Notes: a model not told the origin generated them from the letters alone. DNA of 64,000 nucleotides from Elusimicrobium minutum (GCA_020723765.1 DYIF01000006.1:5486-69485); one strand, 5' to 3'; shown: positions 37,699-48,486, numbered from the stretch's first letter. Made by a program: numbers and translations.

Positions 37699-38745
37699 AT
37701 GGATAAAATAAGATTCGGAGTGGCCGGAGCCGGCAAAATAGGAACATATCATACCAGAACTTTAGCCAAAATGAAAGATGTGGAACTTGTCGGAGTAGCC
37801 GATGTCGATTTGTTGAGAGCTCAAACGCTTGCATGGGATAATAATACCATAGCTTATGGAGATTACAAGGATTTGCTTCCTCAGATAGACGCTCTGGTCG
37901 TCGCGGTTCCGACTCATCTTCATGCGGAAGTGGCTTTGAAGGCTATGAATATGGGAATACATTGTATGGTCGAAAAACCGATAACCGATTCCATAGAGGA
38001 CGCAAAGAAATTAAGTGAAATGGCGGAAAAGAAGAATGTTATACTTCAGGTGGGTCATGTGGAGAGGTTCAACCCGGCAGTTGTAGAAGCGCAAAAGTAT
38101 GTAAAAAATCCGCTTTATATAAATATGGAAAGATTGGGCCCTTACGATCCGAGGGTTTCTTCGATAGGAGTTACTCTGGATTTGATGATACACGACTTAG
38201 ATATACTTTTGGCCCTTGTTAATTCCGAAGTGGAAAGCGTCGAGGCCATAGGAGCGAGAGTTTTTTCAAATTACGAGGATATTTCAAATGCGAGGATTAA
38301 GTTTAAAAACGGAACCATAGCCGACCTTACCGCAAGCAGAATAACGTTTGAGAGAATAAGAAGAATGAGGATATATCAGGACGAGGAGTATATATCGGTA
38401 GATTATATAAGTTCGAAAATAAAGATTTACAGGAAAAAAAATGACCCCCCTAAAGACCTTTCAGACATAGACATTTTCTCTCCTAAAATAGAAAGAAAAA
38501 TGCCGATAACCGAAGAGCTTTATCATTTCATAGACTGCATAAAAAACTCCAAAAAACCTCTCACCGACGCTTACAAAAGCACCACCGCCTTGAAACTCGC
38601 GATAGAAGTCACCGAAAAACTCAAGAGATACGATATGCCGAGAGAATCCAAAAATAAACCGAAACTGACCGAAAAAATATCCGACATAGTGGACGCTACC
38701 AGAGTTATAATAGATTCGAAATTAGACGATAAAATGGGGAAGTGA
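37699..38745 (+). CDS. Gfo/Idh/MocA-family NAD(P)-dependent oxidoreductase
   Basis: N-terminal Rossmann segment FGVAGAGKIG and the EKP motif (MVEKPI). AAGAGG lies upstream of the ATG at 37699. Located just upstream of lpxB. Confidence 0.8.
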   Translation: MDKIRFGVAGAGKIGTYHTRTLAKMKDVELVGVADVDLLRAQTLAWDNNTIAYGDYKDLLPQIDALVVAVPTHLHAEVALKAMNMGIHCMVEKPITDSIEDAKKLSEMAEKKNVILQVGHVERFNPAVVEAQKYVKNPLYINMERLGPYDPRVSSIGVTLDLMIHDLDILLALVNSEVESVEAIGARVFSNYEDISNARIKFKNGTIADLTASRITFERIRRMRIYQDEEYISVDYISSKIKIYRKKNDPPKDLSDIDIFSPKIERKMPITEELYHFIDCIKNSKKPLTDAYKSTTALKLAIEVTEKLKRYDMPRESKNKPKLTEKISDIVDATRVIIDSKLDDKMGK

Positions 38746-38746
38746 T

Positions 38747-39904
38747 ATGCCTAAGATATTAAGAAACAATAATATTTTGTTCGTCGCCGGCGACGTTTCC
38801 GGAGATCTTCACGCGTCTAAGTTGGCTTTGGAGATAAAGAAATTGGAGCCCTCGGTTAACATATATTCAATAGGCGGTTTGAGGCTTAAAGAGGTTTCGG
38901 ATAGGTTTTTATACGACCTTGTTTCAAAAGGTAGCTTCGGATTTGTTCAGAGTTTTAAAAGTTTCGGTTTATGGATAAAAATGATTTCGATAGTAAGAAG
39001 ATTTCTGGAGGATAAAAAACCGGCTTTTGTTGTGCTTGTGGATTTTTACGGCTTTAACAGGCAGGTTTTGGGGCTTTGTAAAAACAGGGATATCCCGGCT
39101 TATTATTACATACCGCCTCAGGTATGGGCCTCAAGGCCTAAAAGAGCCGAAACCATATCTAAAATAGCCAAAGAAATATTCGCCATATTTCCTTTCGAGC
39201 CGGATATATATAAAAAGCATAAAGGAAGAGTCAGTTTCTTTGGCCACCCTTTGCTGGATTTGATTCCAAAGGTTGACGCAGAGGAAAAGAAAAAAATAAA
39301 AAGGGATGAAAATTACGAGTATAAAATAGGTATACTGCCGGGATCGAGAAAATCCGAGATAGAAAATCATCTTAATGTTTTCGTTAAATCTTTTCTTTCG
39401 ATAAAGAATAAATTTAAAAACGCAAAAGGATACGTATTCGCGGTAAAAGAATTCGAAGACGATTTCTATCACGAAGTTTTAGAAGATATGCTTTATGAAA
39501 ACGATATCAGAATAGTAAGAGACGAGGATTATTCCATAAGATCCCAAATGGATTTTTCTCTTACCTGTTCCGGCACCGCCACTTTAGAAAACGCTCTTTT
39601 GTCGGTTCCAATGGCCGTCGGGTATAAAACCTCTTTTATAAACTACGAGATAGCAAAGGCCATAATAAACATACCGTACATATCTCTGGCCAACATAATA
39701 TCCTCAAAGGAAGTGGTAAAAGAGTTTATACAAAACGACTTCAAAGCGGATAAGATAGCCGATTACGCCATCGAAATTTTGAAAGACGAAAAAAAATACT
39801 CTTCGATGATAGACGAACTTTCAGATATCAGAAAAAAATTAGGAGAAAAAGGAGTTAACGAGAAAATCGCCAAGAAGATAATATCCGATTTCGAAATAAT
39901 ATGA
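38747..39904 (+). CDS. lpxB: Lipid-A-disaccharide synthase
   Basis: ILFVAGDVSGDLHASKL N-terminus and a GTATLE-like TCSGTATLENAL segment. Confidence 0.85.
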   Translation: MPKILRNNNILFVAGDVSGDLHASKLALEIKKLEPSVNIYSIGGLRLKEVSDRFLYDLVSKGSFGFVQSFKSFGLWIKMISIVRRFLEDKKPAFVVLVDFYGFNRQVLGLCKNRDIPAYYYIPPQVWASRPKRAETISKIAKEIFAIFPFEPDIYKKHKGRVSFFGHPLLDLIPKVDAEEKKKIKRDENYEYKIGILPGSRKSEIENHLNVFVKSFLSIKNKFKNAKGYVFAVKEFEDDFYHEVLEDMLYENDIRIVRDEDYSIRSQMDFSLTCSGTATLENALLSVPMAVGYKTSFINYEIAKAIINIPYISLANIISSKEVVKEFIQNDFKADKIADYAIEILKDEKKYSSMIDELSDIRKKLGEKGVNEKIAKKIISDFEII

Positions 39905-41646
39905 TAAAAATAACCGAGGAGAATAAAAAACTCTATATTTCTCTTTTTTCTTATTTAAAACCCTTCAAAAAAAGATTGTTTGTGGCTTTTATTTCAATGA
40001 TAGTGCTTGCGGGAATAAGAGCTTTAATAGTTTATCTTGTAGGGCCTTTCATTCAAAGCGTTTTCATAGATAAAAACTCTCAAATGTTTAATACCATAAT
40101 AATAGCTCTTCCCGTTCTTTTTTTAATAAGGATGGCCGCCGAGTATACCAATAACTATGTTATGAACTACATAGGACAAAAAATAGTCCAGAAAGTAAGA
40201 GACGACATATTCGTAAAAATTCACGCGCTTCCAATGGAGTATTACTGGAGAAGCAGAACGGGGGATATATTGAGCAGGGTTATGAACGACATAGGAAATC
40301 TCCAGAGCACGGTTCAGTTCATCCCTTTATACGGCATAAGAGATATCTCCACTGTTTTTTTCGTGACTTTAACTCTTTTTTATATAAATTTTAAATTGGC
40401 TCTTTTTTCTTTCATATTTATCCCTCTGTCTATGGTCGCGCTTAAATTTTTCGGCAGAAAAATGAGAAAATACTCAAGAGAATCTCAGCATCTAATCGGC
40501 GAGGTTTCGAATAATTTTCAAGAAAGCTTAATGTCCATACCGATAATAAAGGCTTATAATTACGAGGATGAGGCGGTTAAGAAATTTAGAGGTTCTAATC
40601 AAGAGTATTTCAATAAGATAATGAGGTACCTTAGAGCCACATCTCTTTCCGGACCGGTAATGGAGTTTATAGGAAGCATGATAATATACGGGCTTATATT
40701 CATAGGTTATAACTGGATATCCAAGGGCCAGATGACTTCCGGAACTTTTTTTTCGTTTGTCGCGGCTTTCGTAACGGCTTATACTCCTTTTAAAAACATA
40801 TCCAATATGAACTCAAAGCTTCAGATAGGGCTTGCCAGCTGGGAAAGGATATATAATTTGTTAAACGAAAAGAATGTCGTGGAGGTAAAGAAAAACCCGA
40901 TAGTACTAAAGGATGTCAAAGGAAGGGTGGAGTTTAAAAACGTATTTTATAAGTATCCAACTTCCGAAGGCTGGGTTTTGAAAAACATTAACTTTACCGT
41001 CGAGCCGAACCGGGTCGCCGCTTTTGTCGGGGGGTCGGGAAGCGGGAAGTCTACGATAATACAGTTGATACTGAGATTTTTCGATCCGATAGAAGGAAAA
41101 ATACTCATAGACGGCTACGATATAAGAGACATAGATCTTAAATCTCTTAGAAATTTTATGAGCATAGTAACACAGGATACCATGGTATTTAACGATACGA
41201 TAAGAAATAACATAAAAGTCGGAAATTTAAACGCTATTGAAGAGGATATAATAAAGGCATGCGAGGTTTCTGACTCAATCGGATTTATAAATAAAATGCC
41301 TGATAAGCTTGATACCGTAATAGGAGAAAGAGGCCTTAAAATATCGGGGGGGCAGAAACAAAGACTCGCCATAGCAAGAGCCGTAGCGAGAAAACCCAAG
41401 ATACTTTTATTGGACGAGGCGACATCGAATCTGGATTCCAAAAGCGAGGAAACGGTTCAAAGAGCCATAGAAAACGTTTTAAAAGAAAAAACGGTAATAA
41501 TGACCGCTCACAGGCTTTCCACCGTCGTAAACTCCGACAATATTTTCGTATTAAAAAACGGAGAAATAGTCGAGTCCGGAAAACACGAAGAGCTTATCAA
41601 AAAAGGCGGAGAATATTTTAATCTTTATAAAAAACAAAACATTTGA
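39901..41646 (+). CDS. msbA: ABC transporter permease/ATPase, MsbA-like lipid A exporter
   Basis: 6-TM domain followed by an NBD (GGSGSGKST, LSGGQKQR, ILLLDEATS). Coupled to lpxB. Confidence 0.75.
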   Translation: MIKITEENKKLYISLFSYLKPFKKRLFVAFISMIVLAGIRALIVYLVGPFIQSVFIDKNSQMFNTIIIALPVLFLIRMAAEYTNNYVMNYIGQKIVQKVRDDIFVKIHALPMEYYWRSRTGDILSRVMNDIGNLQSTVQFIPLYGIRDISTVFFVTLTLFYINFKLALFSFIFIPLSMVALKFFGRKMRKYSRESQHLIGEVSNNFQESLMSIPIIKAYNYEDEAVKKFRGSNQEYFNKIMRYLRATSLSGPVMEFIGSMIIYGLIFIGYNWISKGQMTSGTFFSFVAAFVTAYTPFKNISNMNSKLQIGLASWERIYNLLNEKNVVEVKKNPIVLKDVKGRVEFKNVFYKYPTSEGWVLKNINFTVEPNRVAAFVGGSGSGKSTIIQLILRFFDPIEGKILIDGYDIRDIDLKSLRNFMSIVTQDTMVFNDTIRNNIKVGNLNAIEEDIIKACEVSDSIGFINKMPDKLDTVIGERGLKISGGQKQRLAIARAVARKPKILLLDEATSNLDSKSEETVQRAIENVLKEKTVIMTAHRLSTVVNSDNIFVLKNGEIVESGKHEELIKKGGEYFNLYKKQNI

Positions 41647-41657
41647 TTTTTAAGATT

Positions 41658-43094
41658 ATGGAGATAGAAAAGCTTCTTTCAAAGATAAAAGAATACTCCA
41701 ATTCCGATACTACTATCGTGGAGTTGGCTTACGATTTCGCCAAAAAGGCTCACGGAGAGCAGAAAAGAGCAAGCGGAGAGTCCTACTTTGTACACGTATT
41801 CGAAGTGGCTTATATACTTGCGGAGTTGAAAATGGATTTAAGCACCATATCCGCAGGCCTTTTGCACGATGTGCTTGAAGATACCGAGACGACCCCTGAG
41901 ATATTAAAAAACGAGTTTGGGGAAGAGATTTTAAATCTTGTGGACGGGGTCACTAAAATAGAAGGGCTTAAATTTTCATCCAAGGATGAGGAACAAGCCG
42001 AAAACTGGCGTAAGATGATAATAGCGACCGCAAGAGATATAAGGGTCATAATAATAAAATTGGCGGACAGGCTTCATAATATGAGAACTTTAGAGTATCT
42101 CTCCCCTCAAAGACAAAAAGAGATAGCCTACGAAACTCTGACCCTATACGCCCCGATATCCCACAGGCTTGGAATATTCAATATAAAAAACGAACTGGAA
42201 GACTTATCTTTTAAATATTTATATCCCGAGGATTATAATAATCTTAAGTCCAAAGTCGATTCCAATTTTTCAGAAAGAGAAAAAATTCTAAAAAATTTTA
42301 AAGAAGAGATAGATAAAATATTGTCCAAATCGGGCATAGAGTACAAGATATTGTACAGAGCTAAAAATCTTTATTCCATATATAGGAAAATGCAAAGGCA
42401 AAACAAACCTTTCGAAGAGATACAGGATACTTTAGGCATAAGAATAATAACGGATACTGTTTTAAATTGCTACGCCGTTTTAGGCCTTATCCACTCCAAT
42501 TTTAAGCCCGTAGCCAACAGCTTCACCGATTACATAGCTATGCCGAAACAAAACCTTTATCAAAGCCTTCATACCACGGTCCTTTCCAATAACGGAGAAC
42601 CTATAGAGATACAGATAAGGACTGAGGATATGCACAGAGTCGCGGAGTACGGCATAGCTGCTCACTGGCGTTATAAACACGGCAACGCTTTCGACGAAAA
42701 GCTTAACGAAAAGCTTAACTGGGCAAGGCACTGGATAGAATGGCTTAACGAAATAGAAAGCCCGAGAGAATTTATGGAGATTTTTAAAACCGAGCTGGAT
42801 GTTGAAGAGATTTTTGTTTTTACTCCCAAAGGCGACGTCAAGGCTCTTCCCAAGGGATCCACTCCGGTGGATTTCGCTTATCATATACATACCGACATCG
42901 GAGACCATTGCGTGGGAGCTAAGGTAAATTCGAAGATAGTGAAACTGGATTACGAATTAAAAAGCGGAGATGTTTGCGAGATAATAACGAGAAAAAACGC
43001 TTTCCCCAACAAAGACTGGATTAATTTCGTTAAATCTCAAAGAGCCAGATCCAAAATAAAAAGATATTTGAGAGAACATGGCGTGGAGATTTAG
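41658..43094 (+). CDS. RelA/SpoT-family (p)ppGpp synthetase/hydrolase, short form ending after the TGS domain
   Basis: HD domain (HGEQKRASGESYFVHVFEVA...HDVLEDT), synthetase motif (RAKNLYSIYRKM...DTLGIRIIT...YQSLHT) and TGS (IFVFTPKGDVKALPKGSTPVDFAYHIH). The ORF stops about 60 aa after TGS. Confidence 0.85.
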   Translation: MEIEKLLSKIKEYSNSDTTIVELAYDFAKKAHGEQKRASGESYFVHVFEVAYILAELKMDLSTISAGLLHDVLEDTETTPEILKNEFGEEILNLVDGVTKIEGLKFSSKDEEQAENWRKMIIATARDIRVIIIKLADRLHNMRTLEYLSPQRQKEIAYETLTLYAPISHRLGIFNIKNELEDLSFKYLYPEDYNNLKSKVDSNFSEREKILKNFKEEIDKILSKSGIEYKILYRAKNLYSIYRKMQRQNKPFEEIQDTLGIRIITDTVLNCYAVLGLIHSNFKPVANSFTDYIAMPKQNLYQSLHTTVLSNNGEPIEIQIRTEDMHRVAEYGIAAHWRYKHGNAFDEKLNEKLNWARHWIEWLNEIESPREFMEIFKTELDVEEIFVFTPKGDVKALPKGSTPVDFAYHIHTDIGDHCVGAKVNSKIVKLDYELKSGDVCEIITRKNAFPNKDWINFVKSQRARSKIKRYLREHGVEI

Positions 43095-43141
43095 ATTCCC
43101 CTTAAGTCCCAATATCGAATAGGAAATAATATTTTTTAAAA

Positions 43142-43167
43142 AAGGGATAAATGTCCCTTATCTTTTT
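43142..43167 (+). terminator. Putative intrinsic terminator after rel
   Basis: AAGGGA-taaatg-TCCCTT stem-loop followed by ATCTTTTT. An A-run upstream could make it bidirectional. Confidence 0.5.
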
Positions 43168-43201
43168 CATAAATTTTGGTAAAATTTTATTGGAGGTGAG
43201 T

Positions 43202-44590
43202 ATGTTTAAAGTCTTGATTACTTTTCTTTTCTTAACCGGTTTAGGTTTTAATTTAAACGCGGATTTTAGTTTTGAAAACGGCGGGGATATAAAAAGTATA
43301 GAGGTTAAAGAAATCCCCACCGTATCTTATAAAGCGGCTAAAGAGGGGGTAAAAGATATAACCCTTATGGTTTTTATGAACGCCAAAAACGATCTTTCCA
43401 ATTCCCAGCTTTTCGGACTTGTAGGCAAATGGGCCGTTAAGGATCTGGACGAGATGAAAAAGGTCGGAAGCACCGATAAGGTAAACGTCGTAGTGGAAAT
43501 AGGGGAGAAAGGAAAAGGATCGAAAAGGCTTTTGGTTTTAAAAAAGGACGGATTTTTCTCTTCCGGCGAAAAGGTTTATTCGGAGGATAAAAATGCCGAT
43601 ATGGGAGATTATAAAAGGGTGGTAGATTTTGTTAAATGGTCTAAAACCAACTTCCCGGCCAAAAAATACATACTCGTATTGTGGAACCACGGGCTTGGCT
43701 GGATAGACCCCAACCTTCAAAGCCATTCCGCCGGAACCGGAACTTCCAAGGGAATACTTTTCGACGACGATACCAAAAATTACGTAAGAACCAAACAATT
43801 GGGCGAGATGATGAAAAATATGGGATATGTGGATGTGGTAGTATTTAACGCCTGTCTTATGCAGATGGCGGAAGTCGCTTATGAGATTAAAGATTATACC
43901 TCTTTGATAGTCGGTTCGGAAGAAACGATGTTGGCTTACGGCTTTGAGTACGATAAATTCTTGTCCTTTTTAAATTCCAACGTAAATTTCTCCAAAAAAC
44001 AGATCTCCGATTTCTTTATCAACTGGTATAAAGAATTTTATAAAAACGGAGTTAATATGGGGCCGGTTAGCGTTCCTTTGGATTCCATAGCGGCAACATT
44101 GAGCGCGATAGAACCGTCGGAACTTAAAAATCTTCCCCAGTATCTAAATTACTTCGCTTCAAACGTAATGAACAACAAAGAAGAAGAAGCGGTCAAGTCC
44201 GCAATAGGTTCGGTTATAAGGTTTACAAGCATAGCGGATCCCGCAAAAGATAAAGAGAAAAAAATAGCTCCTTATGTGGATCTATACGATTTTGCGAAAA
44301 TAGTCTACGAAAAATCGTCAAACCCATCGACTAAAGAAAGCGCCAAGCTGTTGATGGATTTTATAAAAGCTAAGCTTGTTGTATCGTCGGTAGGGATAAA
44401 CAAAGATACTACCAATAATTACGATTACTCCGCGGTCGGGGGCGTAGCGATAAATATGACTATGAAGATAAAGCCGGTTCCGCCGCAGTTCGACTCGATA
44501 CTTGAGACCAAATATTCCGAACTTTCACTGTCCAAGGATTCGTATTGGGACGAGTTTGTGAAATGGACCGACGAGGTTTGGGCGAAATAA
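43202..44590 (+). CDS. Clostripain-like (peptidase C11 family) cysteine protease with signal peptide
   Basis: His/Cys dyad contexts LVLWNHGLGW and VVFNACLMQMAEVAYE. GGAGGTGAG SD before the ATG at 43202. N-terminus MFKVLITFLFLTGLGFNLNA. Confidence 0.7.
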   Translation: MFKVLITFLFLTGLGFNLNADFSFENGGDIKSIEVKEIPTVSYKAAKEGVKDITLMVFMNAKNDLSNSQLFGLVGKWAVKDLDEMKKVGSTDKVNVVVEIGEKGKGSKRLLVLKKDGFFSSGEKVYSEDKNADMGDYKRVVDFVKWSKTNFPAKKYILVLWNHGLGWIDPNLQSHSAGTGTSKGILFDDDTKNYVRTKQLGEMMKNMGYVDVVVFNACLMQMAEVAYEIKDYTSLIVGSEETMLAYGFEYDKFLSFLNSNVNFSKKQISDFFINWYKEFYKNGVNMGPVSVPLDSIAATLSAIEPSELKNLPQYLNYFASNVMNNKEEEAVKSAIGSVIRFTSIADPAKDKEKKIAPYVDLYDFAKIVYEKSSNPSTKESAKLLMDFIKAKLVVSSVGINKDTTNNYDYSAVGGVAINMTMKIKPVPPQFDSILETKYSELSLSKDSYWDEFVKWTDEVWAK

Positions 44591-44622
44591 AAAAATTTTC
44601 AAATATCACCACATTCCCTCTC

Positions 44623-44660
44623 CCCCCTTTCTTTAAAAGAGAAAGGGGGTCATTTTTTCT
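44623..44660 (+). terminator. Rho-independent terminator
   Basis: Perfect 10-bp stem CCCCCTTTCT/AGAAAGGGGG, 7-nt loop, then TCATTTTTT. Confidence 0.85.
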
Positions 44661-44735
44661 TATAACAATCTTTAAATATTGTAAAATATGATTGTTCCGT
44701 AATTTCGTATCATATCTAAATATCTCGGAGGAGTT

Positions 44736-45812
44736 ATGGAAAGAACAAAAGAAATGACCGTTATAGAAAAAGATTGGGGAAAATTCGTTTCGCTTCCAAT
44801 TTCCGATAAGTTAAAGTATTTTTCAAAAAACTCGAGAATTTACGATTGTCTTTTCGCTCAACAATTCGACAGAGAGATTTTAGAGTATCTTTTCAGAATT
44901 TCAAATACTCTAAGAAGAATTACTAAAACCAAAGAAGGGATGAACTTCGCATCCTCTCTTTTAGACCATAAAAGAGCGATACTTTATTTTGTTCAACCCT
45001 CCACCCGAACCTTTCTTTCTTTTTTAAACGCCTGTCATATATTGGGGATAAAAACATCCGAGATAAGAGATACCTCCATATCCTCCGAATATAAAGGCGA
45101 ATCTCCCGAGGATAGCATAAGAACCTTTTCAAGTTATGTGGATCTTATAATAATGAGGCATCCGACTCCGAATTTCGTAGAAAAATCCGCATGGCTTATG
45201 AATAGAACCAAAAGGCCGGTTCCGGTAATAAACGCTGGCTCAAGCAAGGACCAGCATCCGACTCAGGCATTACTCGACATTTACACCCTTTATAGAAGTT
45301 TTAACGGCGAAATAGACGGTAAGACCATAGCCATGGTTGGAGATTTAAAGAGAGGAAGAACAGTAAGGTCTTTAAGCTATCTGATGAAAAACTATAAGAA
45401 TATGAAACTGATATACATATCGCCGAAAGAGTTTGCCATGGAAAAAGACATCATCGATTTCTTAAAAAAGAACAATATATCTTATTATGAAACGACCGAT
45501 TTTGAAGAAGGCATAAAAGAAGCGGACGCCATATATATGACAAGAATACAGGACGAGCACGATAAAAACGGCGAATCGAAAAAAGTCGATTATTCCGGTT
45601 ATTGTTTTAAGGAAAAACATCTTAAAATAATTAAAAAAGACGCGATAATAATGCATCCTCTGCCCAGACGCGACGAAATAGACGTAAAAGTGGACGACGA
45701 TCCGAGGGCGATGTACTGGAGACAGGAAAGAAACGGCATGTGGGTAAGAGCAGCATTGATGGCTTATATTTTCAATGTCGATTCCAAGATACATATTGAA
45801 AATAATCCGTAA
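44736..45812 (+). CDS. pyrB: Aspartate carbamoyltransferase catalytic chain-like
   Basis: STRTFLSF (canonical STRTR), KGESPEDSIRT, HPTQALLD, HPLPRRDEI...DDPRAMYWRQERNGMWVRAALM. It has an N-terminal extension of about 30 aa, and no other pyr genes are adjacent. Confidence 0.75.
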   Translation: MERTKEMTVIEKDWGKFVSLPISDKLKYFSKNSRIYDCLFAQQFDREILEYLFRISNTLRRITKTKEGMNFASSLLDHKRAILYFVQPSTRTFLSFLNACHILGIKTSEIRDTSISSEYKGESPEDSIRTFSSYVDLIIMRHPTPNFVEKSAWLMNRTKRPVPVINAGSSKDQHPTQALLDIYTLYRSFNGEIDGKTIAMVGDLKRGRTVRSLSYLMKNYKNMKLIYISPKEFAMEKDIIDFLKKNNISYYETTDFEEGIKEADAIYMTRIQDEHDKNGESKKVDYSGYCFKEKHLKIIKKDAIIMHPLPRRDEIDVKVDDDPRAMYWRQERNGMWVRAALMAYIFNVDSKIHIENNP

Positions 45813-45829
45813 GCTAAGGTTTTGATCTG

Positions 45830-47605
45830 TTGAATATGATAAATTTTTTATTAAAACGGGAAAATAGAGAGTTTATTTTTTATTTTTTAGTGGGTTTTTT
45901 GATTTCTTTGCCGGTTATTCTTCTTACCATAGAAAACCCGGATTTAGGGTGGCATCTTTCCACTGCGAAGTGGATGGTTCAGAATTTAAAAGTGCCTCAT
46001 TACGATATCCTTAGCTGGACAAAGGAAGGAACGGGATGGGTAAATTCAGAATGGGGCTCCGAGCTTATTTTTTATTTTTTCTATAGCCTCGGGGGTTATA
46101 AAGCTCTTTACATATTAAGGCTTATAAATATATTTCTTATTTCGTTTGCGATATCTTATTTATTGAGAGCGGTTAGGGTAAATAGCTTTAATTTATTGTG
46201 GTTTTTGCCTTCTTTTTTTCTTGCTATTTTAAATTTGATGGATTTAAGGCCCGATAACTATACGGTTTTTCTTTTTATAATCCTTTTTGTTTTTTTATAT
46301 AAAAGGACAAACTCCGACGGTTTTAATTCAAAAGACGGGGTTATCGTTTCTTTGATTTTTATCTTATGGGCGAATATACACCCAGGTTATAATTACGGCA
46401 TAATGCTTATGGGAATTTTTCTTGCCGGAAGCCTGTTAAACGAAAACCTGAATTACATATACGGCAAAGAAAGCAAAATAAGTTTTTTAAAAAGCAAAAA
46501 GTTTTTCTATTTTATTTTAATAGCTTTAATTTCGACTCTGATAAACCCTTACGGATATAAAATATATTCGGTTTTTTTCGAACATTTCGAAAATCTCTCC
46601 AAATATCAAACCTACATAGTGGAATGGCAGGAGATAAACATAGACAGATTAAATCTTCTTTTCTTTTATTTTTACGTTATTTTTTCTCTTATAGCTTATC
46701 TTTATAAATTTTTAAAAGAAAGAAAGGTCGATTTTATTGAAGTTTTTTTGATGGTTTTTTTTACGATAAATTCCGTTCTTCATGTAAGACTTAACGTATA
46801 CGGCGCCGTAATAGCCGGATTTATAATATTGAAGATTTTTTCCGATAAACTTGAAAATTTGAAATACAAGATCGTTTTCTCGATATCTTTTTTGATACCG
46901 GTTTATTATCTGTCTTTTAATATACTTTCAATAGAATTTTTTAATATATTAAACGGCAGGTATTATATGGCTTCGGGTAGCTATTTATCTACCGAGTTTA
47001 TTAAAAAAAATCATAAATATTTAAAAAATCTTAAAATGTATAACGGCTGGAATATAGGCGGTTTTTTGAGTTTTGAGTTATACGGCTATAAAAAAACTTT
47101 TATGGACGGAAGGTACATATTTACCGATATGCTTGAAGAGCATATAAAAGCCAATTCGATAAAAGGGGAGTGGGATAAGTTCGCAAATAAATATGGAATA
47201 GATATGGCGGTTTTTGCCATATCCAGAGATGTTAGACAAAACAATTATTCAAGAAAAATAGCAAACAAGGAATATCGGTTTCAAAGGCCTTACTATTTCG
47301 ACAATATAGATTTTAATAAATGGGCTTTGGTTTATTTCGATAAAAGAACGATGATAATAGTAAGAAGAGATAAGATAGGGATAGATTTTTTAAAAGATAA
47401 CGAGTATGTTTTTTTAAAGCCGTACGATTTCGATAGATTATACATAGATACTTTGATAGACAAAAGATATGTGAAACAAATAAAAAAAGAGCTTATAAGA
47501 TATATTTCCGAGTATAACAACAACCCGGAAAGTTTTTCCGATCTTTTTATATATATTCTTCACGACATGATAGACATCGAAAAAGGAAAATTCAAATACG
47601 AATAG
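45830..47605 (+). CDS. Large polytopic membrane protein (function unknown; possibly glycosyltransferase-like)
   Basis: More than 10 predicted TM helices followed by a soluble C-domain. Start is uncertain (TTG at 45830 vs ATG at 45836). Confidence 0.45.
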   Translation: MNMINFLLKRENREFIFYFLVGFLISLPVILLTIENPDLGWHLSTAKWMVQNLKVPHYDILSWTKEGTGWVNSEWGSELIFYFFYSLGGYKALYILRLINIFLISFAISYLLRAVRVNSFNLLWFLPSFFLAILNLMDLRPDNYTVFLFIILFVFLYKRTNSDGFNSKDGVIVSLIFILWANIHPGYNYGIMLMGIFLAGSLLNENLNYIYGKESKISFLKSKKFFYFILIALISTLINPYGYKIYSVFFEHFENLSKYQTYIVEWQEINIDRLNLLFFYFYVIFSLIAYLYKFLKERKVDFIEVFLMVFFTINSVLHVRLNVYGAVIAGFIILKIFSDKLENLKYKIVFSISFLIPVYYLSFNILSIEFFNILNGRYYMASGSYLSTEFIKKNHKYLKNLKMYNGWNIGGFLSFELYGYKKTFMDGRYIFTDMLEEHIKANSIKGEWDKFANKYGIDMAVFAISRDVRQNNYSRKIANKEYRFQRPYYFDNIDFNKWALVYFDKRTMIIVRRDKIGIDFLKDNEYVFLKPYDFDRLYIDTLIDKRYVKQIKKELIRYISEYNNNPESFSDLFIYILHDMIDIEKGKFKYE

Positions 47606-47612
47606 AGGCCAT

Positions 47613-48413
47613 ATGAACGAGTTTTATGTAGCAAAAAAAGCGGCTCTGGAAGCCGGAGAAATAATAAGAAAATATTTCGGCAAGGTGGGTTATAAACTTA
47701 AAGGTAGGGCAAATCCCGTTACGAAAGCGGATACGGAGTCCGAGAAAAAAATAAGAGGGATAATAGTTCAAAAATTTAAAAACGATACCATAATTTCCGA
47801 GGAAAACGGTCTAAAAGTCAAGGATAAAAAAAGGGTCTGGCTTATAGACCCTCTGGACGGAACGGTTAATTACGCCCATTCTTTTCCTCATTTTGCGGTA
47901 TCGATAGGTTTTGCGGAGGAAGGGGTGGTGAAAATGGGGTTAATATACGATTGTATTAAAAACGAGATGTTTTACGCATTAAAAGGAAAAGGAGCATATT
48001 TAAACGATAAAAGGATAAATGTTTCTAAAACTAAAAACCTTTCATCCGCGCTACTTGCCACGGGTTTTGCTTACGATAGAGGGGAAAAAGCGGAATTTTA
48101 CTGCTCTTTTTATTCTTCTTTTTTAAAAAAATCTCACGATATAAGAAGATGCGGCGCGGCAAGCCTTGATATGGCTTATACGGCATGCGGAAGGATAGAC
48201 GGATATTGGGAGTTTAATTTAAAGTCGTGGGATGTGGGTGCGGGCAAGATAATAGTCGAAGAGGCGGGAGGCAAGGTCACCGATTTTAGCGGGAAGGAAT
48301 GGAGTTTGGATTTTAGAGATTTAAAAATATGGGGCATGGAAGTCCTTTGCACAAATTCAAAAATACACTACGAAATGCTCGGAGTAATTAAACCTAAGTT
48401 AAATAGATTATGA
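47613..48413 (+). CDS. suhB: Inositol monophosphatase family protein
   Basis: SEENG, WLIDPLDGTVNYAH and WDVGAG motifs. Confidence 0.85.
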   Translation: MNEFYVAKKAALEAGEIIRKYFGKVGYKLKGRANPVTKADTESEKKIRGIIVQKFKNDTIISEENGLKVKDKKRVWLIDPLDGTVNYAHSFPHFAVSIGFAEEGVVKMGLIYDCIKNEMFYALKGKGAYLNDKRINVSKTKNLSSALLATGFAYDRGEKAEFYCSFYSSFLKKSHDIRRCGAASLDMAYTACGRIDGYWEFNLKSWDVGAGKIIVEEAGGKVTDFSGKEWSLDFRDLKIWGMEVLCTNSKIHYEMLGVIKPKLNRL

Positions 48414-48486
48414 GTATAGTAAATTTGTCGGATGAGATAAAAAAAGACGAAAGAATAAAATTTTCTCTTTTTTTTCTTTTGTTTAT

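Noticed and set aside
43102-43320. 72-aa minus-strand ORF overlapping the start of the C11 protease gene.
   Set aside because: It overlaps the signal-peptide coding region and the terminator hairpin, and shows no motif or SD.
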